Below, piece by piece: positions 1-7,796 of a stretch of 15,329 bases of DNA. This stretch comes from Desulfurococcaceae archaeon. Lineage in GTDB: Archaea > Thermoproteota > Thermoprotei_A > Sulfolobales > Desulfurococcaceae. The position numbers and the translations under genes are program-made. The notes beneath the pieces were generated by a model. It saw only the letters and a program-made list of their open reading frames with translations, was not told the origin of the DNA and ran no database searches. How positions within the stretch are numbered: the first letter of the stretch is position 1; the number at the start of each line of letters is the position of its first letter. The DNA is taken from the NCBI GenBank assembly GCA_038816475.1, contig JAWBAI010000006.1, forward strand, positions 59,730 to 75,058. Direction: 5' to 3'.

Positions 1-147
1 CTACTCTACAGGTTTATACACGCGGAGAAGCTCAGAGGAGTTCTCGGCTACGAGATAAGCGAGGTTCTCCACTCGTTGAAAAACTACAAGCGAACTTACT
101 CGGCTAACGCCTTCACAAGTCTTCTCAGTGCTTTGAGGCTACTGTAG
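1..147 (+). CDS. 3' end of an unidentified protein-coding gene (partial, runs off the window edge)
   Basis: Frame 1 is open from base 1 to TAG at 145-147 (LLYRFIHAEKLRGVLGYEISEVLHSLKNYKRTYSANAFTSLLSALRLL*), with codon usage like the other genes. It overlaps the convergent 125..382 ORF by 23 nt. Confidence 0.6.
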   Translation, partial: LLYRFIHAEKLRGVLGYEISEVLHSLKNYKRTYSANAFTSLLSALRLL

Positions 148-382
148 CCTGTTGAACAACGGTATGGTGAAGTAGAGTAAACTGGGGCACTCTAACTCTG
201 ATCTGAATGTGACTCCTGAAGTTAGCTGTGCTCGGCACGTTCAACTGGGATTTACACACTGGGCACACGTAACCGTGCAGTTTTGCAACCTCCATTGGAG
301 ATAGTAAACCAACGCTGCTTCCCACCTTCTTGAACTCGTAGATAACGTGTCCACAGTTTCCGCAGATGTACTTAATCCCCAT
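125..382 (-). CDS. Small zinc-ribbon protein (CxxC...CxxC), function unknown
   Basis: CGNC and CPVC pairs; Shine-Dalgarno GAGGTG 5 nt upstream of the ATG (minus strand gaggtgtttcaATG). Confidence 0.8.
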   Translation of the reverse strand: MGIKYICGNCGHVIYEFKKVGSSVGLLSPMEVAKLHGYVCPVCKSQLNVPSTANFRSHIQIRVRVPQFTLLHHTVVQQATVASKH

Positions 383-587
383 TGAAACACCTCTAAAGCG
401 TCACGAATGTAAATACTCACCTAGACTAGATAGGGAAGTGTACAAGTATCTCATTCAATGATTCATTAAAAATGCTGAATGAAGAGATGAATCAGGATTA
501 TATGTTTTTTGACACGTCCTTGTAAACGATCGTCTCCGATGTGGTTAAAATAGGGAGAGAGGTAAGCGAAAGTATTGAGTACTACCG

Positions 588-602
588 GGAAACCTTTATA
601 TT
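588..602 (+). promoter_or_regulatory. BRE/TATA promoter of tRNA-Pro
   Basis: GGAAACC-TTTATATT, with the TATA box ending about 33 nt upstream of the mature tRNA 5' end. Confidence 0.6.
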
Positions 603-634
603 GGCTCCTAGGCTTTATCCATGAAAGGGTGAAG

Positions 635-741
635 GGGGCCGTCGTCTAGCCTGGCTAGGATGCCGGCCTGGGGGGATAACCCCCGTAACCCCATACATCC
701 CGGAGCGCCGGTGGTCCCGGGTTCAAATCCCGGCGGCCCCA
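635..741 (+). tRNA. tRNA-Pro(GGG) with a 32-nt intron at canonical position 37/38 (intron 674-705); CCA not encoded
   Basis: Acceptor GGGGCCG(635-641)/CGGCCCC(734-740) plus discriminator A741; D arm with TAGC-CTGG; anticodon stem CCGGC(663-667)/GCCGG(707-711); anticodon GGG at 670-672; T arm CCGGG-TTCAAAT-CCCGG. BHB motif: central helix CUGG(668-671)/CCGG(700-703), 3-nt bulges GGG(672-674) and AGC(704-706), intron helix GAT(675-677)/ATC(697-699). Confidence 0.96.
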
Positions 742-817
742 TTCAAACACTTCGTTAAAGCATAAAAGTACCTGGGTACATTACTGAGGATTACGTGGAG
801 CCGCATGGTGCTTAAGC

Positions 818-1093
818 ATGAGTAGTAATGAAGGAAACGTATTGTTTGTTGTAAAAGTTGGAGAAAAGGAAATAGTAGTAGATGAAAACGTTCTCAAGAT
901 CGTTCACGAGTACATTAAAACACCCATGAGCCTCGAGGAGCTCGCTGGAAAACTTGGACTAGAAAGCTGGGAGGAAGCCTACGAGTTCATCAAAGCTCTA
1001 CCAGCATGGATCATGTGGACACCTCCATCGATGTGGAAGCACAGAGTTAAATGGACCTCCAAGAAGCTTACTAAGCAGAGTAAACCAAGTTAG
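818..1093 (+). CDS. Small hypothetical protein with an HTH-like segment (SLEELAGKLGLESWEEAYEFIK), possibly DNA-binding
   Basis: 91-aa ORF with protein-like composition, GGTG upstream of the ATG, and T-tract CTTTTTGT (1123-1130) downstream. Confidence 0.75.
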   Translation: MSSNEGNVLFVVKVGEKEIVVDENVLKIVHEYIKTPMSLEELAGKLGLESWEEAYEFIKALPAWIMWTPPSMWKHRVKWTSKKLTKQSKPS

Positions 1094-1167
1094 GAGTACA
1101 CGTGGGTTCACCGAAGTCAAGGCTTTTTGTTAAACCGCGTGGAACACTTTGTTCTCGCTGTACTCTA

Positions 1168-3279
1168 CTACTTAACCTTGGATATTCTACCGGGCCTCGG
1201 GTAGTACACTTCACCGCTTCTGTAGAGCTCGTGAACAGTTTCTTGAACAAAGTCCTTTTCGAAGCCCTCGTCGGCAGCTCTTTTGATCAGCTCGTTGAAC
1301 TCTATTTCACCACCAACACTGTCAAGCAGCTTCATAAGCCACTCTCTGAACTTCTTCTTCTTCAGCCTCGTTGACGATGATATACCTGTTTCAAGGAGGT
1401 CTATGTCTAGCCTACCACTCTCAACGTCCAACCCCGCTCTCGAAAGGCTAACCATGACTAGTCTTATGGCTTCCTCAACGTCCTCAATGGTAGCTTTGGT
1501 CTTCAAAGCCATCTTAGCGTGAGCTTCTGCAAGCCTAATTATAGCTTCCAGCTGCCTCGGCGTGATAGCAATTGCTGATACACCCCCCTCGGCTGTGAGT
1601 GACGCTTTCCTTAAACTCGTGTAGAACTCCTCAACGAGCTTTGAAGCCTCAGGTGTTAACTGTGGTCTAATGTACCTTCTAGCGTAGCTAATGTACTTCT
1701 TGAGTAGCTGTGGATCTATGAATCCTCTAGCTTTCTCAGCATCCGTGTGAATCCCGAGAATGTGCCTGGCCAGTCTTCTGTCCTGCTCTTCGCTGGGTAT
1801 GTCCTGAACTATGAATATCAGGTCGAACCTTGAAAGGATGGTTACGGGTAGATCAATGTTCTTTGACACGGGTTGAGTAGAATCGTAGCGTCCGTACTTG
1901 GGGTTACCAGCAGCTATAACGGTTGTTCTAGCGTTCAACCTTGCAACAATACCGGCTTTCGCTATGCTAACAGTCTGCTGCTCGAGAGCCTCGTGAATAG
2001 CTGTTCTATCCTCGTCTCTCATCTTGTCTATCTCGTCTATGGATGCTACACCACCATCAGCAAGCACCAGTGCACCAGCCTCCAGGTAGTACTCACCTGT
2101 CATCTTGTCTCTTAGAACAGTTGCTGTTAAACCAGCTGCTGTTGAACCCTTACCACTAGTGTAGAGTCCTCTAGGTGCAACTCTGGCTGCAAACTGGAGT
2201 AACTGAGACTTCGCAGTACCAGGGTCACCTATGATCAACACGTGTATATCACCTCTGATCCTTGTTCCATCAGCAAGAATCTTCGGAGTTCCACCGAACA
2301 TCGCTAAAGCAATTGCTTCCTTGATGTCCCAGTGACCGTAGATACCCGGTGCAATGCTAGCTATGATCTTCTCCCTTATCCATGGATCCCTCGCAAGCTC
2401 CCTGATCTTCTCCTCGTCCTCCCTTGTTATCACGATCTCCTCTAGAACCTTCTCTTGAACCTCAACGTGGTTAACGTCGATGTAGAAGGAGAACACCGTT
2501 TTTGCTCCACGCTTATCAGGCTGAGAAGTCAGCGGAGTAACCCTTAGTACACCTGTTACAACAACCCTGTCTCCGGGTCTAACGATGTCAACGATATCGC
2601 TCGTGAGAACAGCCTCAGTGGATCGGGGTATTTGACCACCAGGAACCTCCTCGGGTTTCTCCTGGATAACTATCTTCTGCCAGTCAACGAACTCGCTTCC
2701 TTCAACTACGAGGTCGAACTTGGCAGGCTTATGGCACTCTAGGCAGTATGGTGGTTTATCGATTCTATCGGTAAACTCTAATCCAGACTCCTTTGGTGGG
2801 TACATGAAGTAGTGTACTTCACCGTACTCTGTTACATGCCTGTACATTGCTCTAACAAGCTTAGCGTCCACTCTGGTGATCCTTGTTACTATCCCCTCAA
2901 CGGCAACGAACTTACCGATGTAATCGCTGGACAGCTCTCTGATCCTGTGAGCCTTTGGAGGATTTCTCACTCTCACGTAGAACTTTCTAACCGTCTTAGC
3001 GTACTCCGGGTTATCCCTCTCCACGATGTACTTGAGCGCGTTGTTGAAGGCTTCGAGAACCTTCGTTGGCTCATCCAGAAGCTTGTTCGCGAGGTCTCTG
3101 TTGTACAGTATGAGGTCTTCAAAGTCAACAACAAGGCTTCTCTGCCCCATCTTGATCATTTGCCAAACTCTATCGTGGTACTTTAAGTAGCCATCGGGTG
3201 TTCTGAAGTTCTCCACGAAGTTGACGAACATCATTGAGTAGTCCATGTGAACCTCTGAAGTAGTCCTCGCTTCACTCAT
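1168..3279 (-). CDS. mcm: Replicative DNA helicase MCM (about 703 aa, no intein)
   Basis: Walker A GDPGTAKS, Walker B IDEIDKM, arginine finger SRFD, AAGLTA motif, N-terminal Zn site, C-terminal winged helix. Start moved to ATG 3279 (MSEART), which overlaps the gins stop (ATGAGTGA) and has SD GAGGTTG; ATG 3246 is an alternative. Confidence 0.98.
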   Translation of the reverse strand: MSEARTTSEVHMDYSMMFVNFVENFRTPDGYLKYHDRVWQMIKMGQRSLVVDFEDLILYNRDLANKLLDEPTKVLEAFNNALKYIVERDNPEYAKTVRKFYVRVRNPPKAHRIRELSSDYIGKFVAVEGIVTRITRVDAKLVRAMYRHVTEYGEVHYFMYPPKESGLEFTDRIDKPPYCLECHKPAKFDLVVEGSEFVDWQKIVIQEKPEEVPGGQIPRSTEAVLTSDIVDIVRPGDRVVVTGVLRVTPLTSQPDKRGAKTVFSFYIDVNHVEVQEKVLEEIVITREDEEKIRELARDPWIREKIIASIAPGIYGHWDIKEAIALAMFGGTPKILADGTRIRGDIHVLIIGDPGTAKSQLLQFAARVAPRGLYTSGKGSTAAGLTATVLRDKMTGEYYLEAGALVLADGGVASIDEIDKMRDEDRTAIHEALEQQTVSIAKAGIVARLNARTTVIAAGNPKYGRYDSTQPVSKNIDLPVTILSRFDLIFIVQDIPSEEQDRRLARHILGIHTDAEKARGFIDPQLLKKYISYARRYIRPQLTPEASKLVEEFYTSLRKASLTAEGGVSAIAITPRQLEAIIRLAEAHAKMALKTKATIEDVEEAIRLVMVSLSRAGLDVESGRLDIDLLETGISSSTRLKKKKFREWLMKLLDSVGGEIEFNELIKRAADEGFEKDFVQETVHELYRSGEVYYPRPGRISKVK

Positions 3280-3865
3280 GCTTTTCAACCTCGAAAACCC
3301 TTGAGTTGAAGATGTCAAGAATCGTTTTCAGAACAGTGTAGAGGTGCTTCTCCTCCTCGCTCAAGTTGACCAGCATCTCCGGTGTAACCTGCTGAACGCT
3401 GAGCAGGGTGAGTATCTTCGAAAGCCTAGTTCTGTGGAGTACCTTGGTGTTAGTAACAAGCTTGTCGATCCTATCGGCGAGGTCGCGAGCCTTTGAAAGA
3501 CTATCAACGCTCTTGTACTTTCTGAACAGTGAGCTGATCTCCTGCTTGATCATCAGGTAGAAGTAGCCGGGCAGCTTCTCGAACTTCGGAGAGCTCCTTG
3601 AGCGTGTTTCGTTGAAAGCAAGTGTAGCTATCTTGGGTAAGTCAACGCCCTCCTCAACAGGCCGAGCCATGTTGTTCTCTATAAATTGCAGTGCGAGCCA
3701 GCGTGGAACAGTGTACTCTGCACCTCGAACAAGCTCCACGTAGTCGTCCTCGATGAAGACCTTCTGCGAAGAACCAAGGTATGCTATCTTCACATGCTCC
3801 TCCTCGAACTCCCGCTCTACTAAATCAAGCAGAAGTGTACTCAGAACCTCGATTAAGCCATTCAA
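3272..3865 (-). CDS. gins23: GINS complex subunit, Gins23 (Psf2/Psf3-like) type
   Basis: N-terminal beta B-domain (VELVRGAEYTVPRWLA) followed by a helical A-domain (KLPGYFYL); directly upstream of and overlapping mcm; TTG start with SD GGAGG. Confidence 0.85.
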   Translation of the reverse strand: MNGLIEVLSTLLLDLVEREFEEEHVKIAYLGSSQKVFIEDDYVELVRGAEYTVPRWLALQFIENNMARPVEEGVDLPKIATLAFNETRSRSSPKFEKLPGYFYLMIKQEISSLFRKYKSVDSLSKARDLADRIDKLVTNTKVLHRTRLSKILTLLSVQQVTPEMLVNLSEEEKHLYTVLKTILDIFNSRVFEVEKHE

Positions 3866-3957
3866 GCCTTATCCTCCGGTGTATATCTGGTCTACCCCCT
3901 TTATTACCCTTGAATAGTGGATATGTTTAAAGGGATTGCACACAAGGTGTACTAGCT
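3866..3957. promoter_or_regulatory. Divergent promoter region, gins23-mcm / rfcS-rfcL
   Basis: Plus-strand TATA-like TTTAAAG at 3926-3932, about 26 nt before the rfcS TTG; minus-strand TAATAAAG at 3906-3899. Confidence 0.55.
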
Positions 3958-4926
3958 TTGAGCGAGCTTCTCTGGGCTGAGAAGTACAGGCCGAGATCAC
4001 TCGTTGAGGTTGTTAACCAGAAGGAGGTCGTGGAGAGACTCAAGAAGTTCGTAGCCGAGAAGAACGTTCCACACATGCTCTTTGCTGGTCCACCCGGCAC
4101 GGGTAAAACAACGGTTGCTCACGCTTTTGCACACGATCTGTACGGTGAGAACTACAGGCAGTACATGCTTGAACTCAACGCTTCCGACGAGAGAAGCATA
4201 ACGGTTATAAGGTCCAAGGTCAAGGAGTTCGCTCGTTCAAAGGTCACAGGTGAAATACCCTTCAAGATAGTTCTGCTGGACGAAGCAGACAACATGACCG
4301 CGGATGCTCAGCAAGCTCTCAGAAGACTAATGGAGCTCTACTCCGCGAACACAAGGTTCATACTCACAGCGAACTACCCGAGCAAGATAATTGAGCCCAT
4401 ACAGAGCAGGTGCGCAGTCTTCAGGTTTACACCACTCAAGAAAGAGGATGTTGTTGGTAGACTAATGTACATATGTCAAAACGAGAACATAAAGTGCTAC
4501 GATAAAGCACTAGAGCTCATATACGAGCTATCCGAGGGTGATATGAGGAAAGCTATAAACATACTTCAGTCAGCAGCTGCTATCAGCGATGTAACAGAGG
4601 AAGCTGTCTTCAAGGTTGTTGGTTTAGCTCACCCGAGGGAAGTAAGAGAAATGCTTCAGTTAGCACTCGCAGGGAACTTCTTCGAGGCTCGAAAGAAGCT
4701 GAGAGACCTGATGATAACCTACGGTTTAAGCGGACTGGACATAATTAAGCAGATACACAGAGAAGTGTTCAGCACTGAGCTGAAGATACCCGAGGACCTC
4801 AAAATACTCATTGCAGACTACGCTGGTGAAATACAGTTCAGGCTCACAGAGGGTGCTGACGACGAAGTACAGCTGAACGCTTTCCTAGCAAGGTTAGCCT
4901 TGATCGGCAGAAAGCTAAAGGTGTAG
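3958..4926 (+). CDS. rfcS: Replication factor C small subunit
   Basis: WAEKYRP, Walker A GPPGTGKT, ELNASDER, Walker B LLDEAD, IQSRC motif, GDMRKAIN; TTG start; no intein. Confidence 0.98.
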   Translation: MSELLWAEKYRPRSLVEVVNQKEVVERLKKFVAEKNVPHMLFAGPPGTGKTTVAHAFAHDLYGENYRQYMLELNASDERSITVIRSKVKEFARSKVTGEIPFKIVLLDEADNMTADAQQALRRLMELYSANTRFILTANYPSKIIEPIQSRCAVFRFTPLKKEDVVGRLMYICQNENIKCYDKALELIYELSEGDMRKAINILQSAAAISDVTEEAVFKVVGLAHPREVREMLQLALAGNFFEARKKLRDLMITYGLSGLDIIKQIHREVFSTELKIPEDLKILIADYAGEIQFRLTEGADDEVQLNAFLARLALIGRKLKV

Positions 4927-4933
4927 AAGCTTC

Positions 4934-6208
4934 TTGAGCGAGTACTTACCCTGGGTAGTAAAGTACAGACCGAAAACGCTGGACGAGTACGTAGACCAGG
5001 AGGAAGCCAAGCAGAAGCTCGTAGCGTGGCTGAAGAGCTGGCTCAGTGGTAAACCACCAGAGAAGAAAGCACTACTACTACATGGTCCAGCTGGCTGTGG
5101 TAAAACAAGCTTGGTGGAGGCTGCAGCTAGATCACTCGGATTCGAGATCTTCGAGATGAACGCTAGTGACAACCGGAGGAAAGTCGACATAGAGAGAATG
5201 GCCAAGATGGCTTCTCAAACAACAAGCCTCAGAGGTAAAAAGAAGATAATACTACTCGACGAGATAGACGGGTTAGACCCCCACTCTGATGCTGGCGGAG
5301 TAGAATCACTTGTCATGGTGATAAAGGAGACAAAAAACCCAATAGTAATGACTGCTAACAACCCCTACCGAGAGCACTTGAAACCCCTGAGAGACCTGGA
5401 CATAGTCGAAGTTGTAGCAATGAAAAGACTTAAGGAACAGGACATAGCTACTGTTTTAGATAGGATATGCAAAGCAGAGAAGATCTACTGTGAACAGCAA
5501 GCACTGAAGGAGATAGCAAGGAGATGCGAGGGCGATCTAAGAAGCGCCATAAACGACCTAGAAGCAGCAGCTGCTCTAAACAAGAGGGTAACACTGGAGT
5601 CGGTTAAAGCTGTTGCAGCATACAGAGATAGAACCTATGCACCGTGGGAAGCTCTCAGCAAGCTCTTCAACGCCAAGTACATATTCCAAGCAAAGGAAGC
5701 AGCTACGTCTACCGATTTGACGCCGGATGAGTTAATGACGTGGATAAATGAGCACATACCAACATACTACGAAAAACCGGACGATGTGTGGAGAGCCTAC
5801 GAAGCACTGAGCAGAGCGGACGTTTACATGGGTAGAATCATCAGGACCCAGAACTGGGATCTCCTTAGCTACGCACTGGACATGATGGGACCTGGAGTAG
5901 CCTTTGCAAGGCATGAGTACAAGTTCAAGTGGAAAGCGTTCAAAATGCCCGAGAGAATAAAGCTGTTGTCTGAAACCAAGAGGTCAAGGGAGTACAGAGA
6001 AGCACTCGCAGAGCACCTCGCTAAGAGGCTTCTGACGAGCAAAGCCGTTGTTAAATCCGATGTAATACCCTACCTGAGGATCATATTTGAGAACAACCCG
6101 AAGCTTGCAGCTGCTATATCGAGAGAGTACGGTATACCCGAGGAGATAATCAAGTGGCTTGCAGGAAACAGAGCTAGAGAAGTACTGAGCTACATGAGGA
6201 AGAAGTAG
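4934..6208 (+). CDS. rfcL: Replication factor C large subunit
   Basis: PWVVKYRP, GPAGCGKT, EMNASD, LLDEID, GDLRSAINDL, LSRADVY; 7 nt downstream of rfcS; TTG start. Confidence 0.97.
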   Translation: MSEYLPWVVKYRPKTLDEYVDQEEAKQKLVAWLKSWLSGKPPEKKALLLHGPAGCGKTSLVEAAARSLGFEIFEMNASDNRRKVDIERMAKMASQTTSLRGKKKIILLDEIDGLDPHSDAGGVESLVMVIKETKNPIVMTANNPYREHLKPLRDLDIVEVVAMKRLKEQDIATVLDRICKAEKIYCEQQALKEIARRCEGDLRSAINDLEAAAALNKRVTLESVKAVAAYRDRTYAPWEALSKLFNAKYIFQAKEAATSTDLTPDELMTWINEHIPTYYEKPDDVWRAYEALSRADVYMGRIIRTQNWDLLSYALDMMGPGVAFARHEYKFKWKAFKMPERIKLLSETKRSREYREALAEHLAKRLLTSKAVVKSDVIPYLRIIFENNPKLAAAISREYGIPEEIIKWLAGNRAREVLSYMRKK

Positions 6209-6211
6209 AGC

Positions 6212-7645
6212 TCAAAGCATCCTACAGCCTCTAATACCACCTCTCAAACTGTACGCTTTGAAACCCTTTTCCCTCAGCTCCCTTGCCAGTAGAAGGCTTA
6301 TGCTACCGGTTTCGCACACCAGTACGATGACTCTGTCCCTAGGGAGCTTAGAGTAGTCTAGCTCGGAGAGTGGTATAGATCCCGGTATAGGCTTCTCGGA
6401 CTCTTTCCTCGAGCTTCTAGCATCAACTACAAGAGCGTTCTCAGGTATGAAGTCCACCTCGAGCTCATCCCCGAGCACAGCATCCTCGGGTGATGTGCTG
6501 AGCACGTCAACAACCCTCATTGAGGAAACAGCTCTGTCGATCAGGGATGAATCAACTCTGCTCAACTGCTCACTGATCTCCTCTGGTGATGCACGCGTTG
6601 TAACCCTTGTTGGAGCTACTGCGCACATTTCAGCAACCTTAGAGGAGAAGTCGTAGAGCCCTATGCGCCTCGAAAACTCAACTATTTCCTCCTTGTCATA
6701 TCCGAGGAGAGGTCTCAGTATTGGTTTGCTCGGTTCAACGACAGCCTCGATCGAGGCTATGTTCACCAGAGTCTGACTTGAAGCTTGACCAATGGACTCC
6801 CCGGTGACGAGAGCACTGTAACCACGGTTCTCAGCTATCTTTAAGCCAGCAGTGTACATGAGTGCTCTGAGAACAACCTGCCTGTAGGTTCTATCAACTT
6901 TTTTGACAACCTCGGATACCACGTCCCGGAAGTCCACGAGGATGAACAATGGTCTGTATCCGTGCAACCACCTCCAGGATAACTCCCTTGCTACAAGGTA
7001 AGCGTAGTAGGATGATTGAGTAGAACCCATGATGAAGTGGAGAAAGTCCACGTAAACACCTCTCTTAGCCGTTAACCATGCAGCTACGGGTGAATCGAAG
7101 CCACCTGAAAAAAGCACGAGAGCTGAACCTTCAACACCCGTTGGTAACCCTCCGGGTCCTCTCGTACTCTCCATGTACAAGTAGGCTCTGCTTCCTCTAA
7201 CTTCGACTTCAACAACCACGTCCGGGTTCTCCAGGTCTACTCCAGCTGAGTACGGCTTTAGGAGTGAACCTGCTTCTCTAGCTACATCAACAGATGTAAA
7301 GGAGTGCACACCGCTTCTCTTCACTCTCACAGCGAATTTTCTACCAGCAACCATGTCTCTAGCGTTCTCGGCTATCCAACGGGTAAGGTCAACGAGGTCT
7401 CTGAACTCGTAGCTTAGAACCCTACCAACTCTGTATACACCGAATACTCGTGCTAGAGTGTCCAGAGCATTCTTTTCCGTTGACAGCACGATCTTCGCGT
7501 TCTCGATCTCCACGTTTAGAACCTGTATTCCGCTGCGCGCTAGAGCGTCTCTGATGTTCTCAACGAGCTTCCTGTAGAACCTTGGCCTAGTTCTACTCGA
7601 CTTCAGAGGTAGTTCTCCTGAGACTGTTACCATGTAAACGTACAA
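6212..7645 (-). CDS. thiI: tRNA 4-thiouridine (s4U8) synthase ThiI with C-terminal rhodanese domain
   Basis: THUMP domain (FAVRVKRSG...VDLENPD), PP-loop SGGFDS, TGESIGQASSQTL, RPLLG, EMC cysteine, rhodanese VVDAR...VCETGSIS...LRGG. Probable TTG start at 7645 (MYVYMVTVSGE) after SD-like GAAGTGA. Confidence 0.95.
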   Translation of the reverse strand: MYVYMVTVSGELPLKSSRTRPRFYRKLVENIRDALARSGIQVLNVEIENAKIVLSTEKNALDTLARVFGVYRVGRVLSYEFRDLVDLTRWIAENARDMVAGRKFAVRVKRSGVHSFTSVDVAREAGSLLKPYSAGVDLENPDVVVEVEVRGSRAYLYMESTRGPGGLPTGVEGSALVLFSGGFDSPVAAWLTAKRGVYVDFLHFIMGSTQSSYYAYLVARELSWRWLHGYRPLFILVDFRDVVSEVVKKVDRTYRQVVLRALMYTAGLKIAENRGYSALVTGESIGQASSQTLVNIASIEAVVEPSKPILRPLLGYDKEEIVEFSRRIGLYDFSSKVAEMCAVAPTRVTTRASPEEISEQLSRVDSSLIDRAVSSMRVVDVLSTSPEDAVLGDELEVDFIPENALVVDARSSRKESEKPIPGSIPLSELDYSKLPRDRVIVLVCETGSISLLLARELREKGFKAYSLRGGIRGCRML

Positions 7646-7796
7646 AGCGATCACTTCGATCGAACTCCACGATGTGAGTAGACTAGACAGCTTAATAATA
7701 GTAATAAGCACGAGTTGCTAGCATCGGTGAGAAACCCCTTCTTTAATCCCTTTTAACAAACAACAATAGTCATGGGTTTAACCCCGGTGTAGTGCT
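7646..7796. promoter_or_regulatory. Divergent promoter region, thiI / purA operon
   Basis: Minus-strand TATTATTAAG around 7692-7702; plus-strand CTTTAAT and TTTTAAC around 7741-7757; GGTG before the purA TTG. Confidence 0.45.

Noticed and set aside
383-634. Replication origin (ORB elements) near mcm/rfc and the tRNA
   Set aside because: No TTCCAGTGGAAA/G-string ORB repeats and no cdc6 or whiP gene in the window.
635-817. Integrated element at tRNA-Pro
   Set aside because: No integrase and no duplicated tRNA fragment seen in the window; the flanking genes look chromosomal.
1102-3186. Plus-strand ORFs 1102..1374, 1283..1522, 1873..2115 and 2812..3186
   Set aside because: Antisense shadows of mcm with no motifs.
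1168-4926. Inteins in MCM or RFC-S, which are common insertion hosts
   Set aside because: Protein lengths and motif spacing are uninterrupted.
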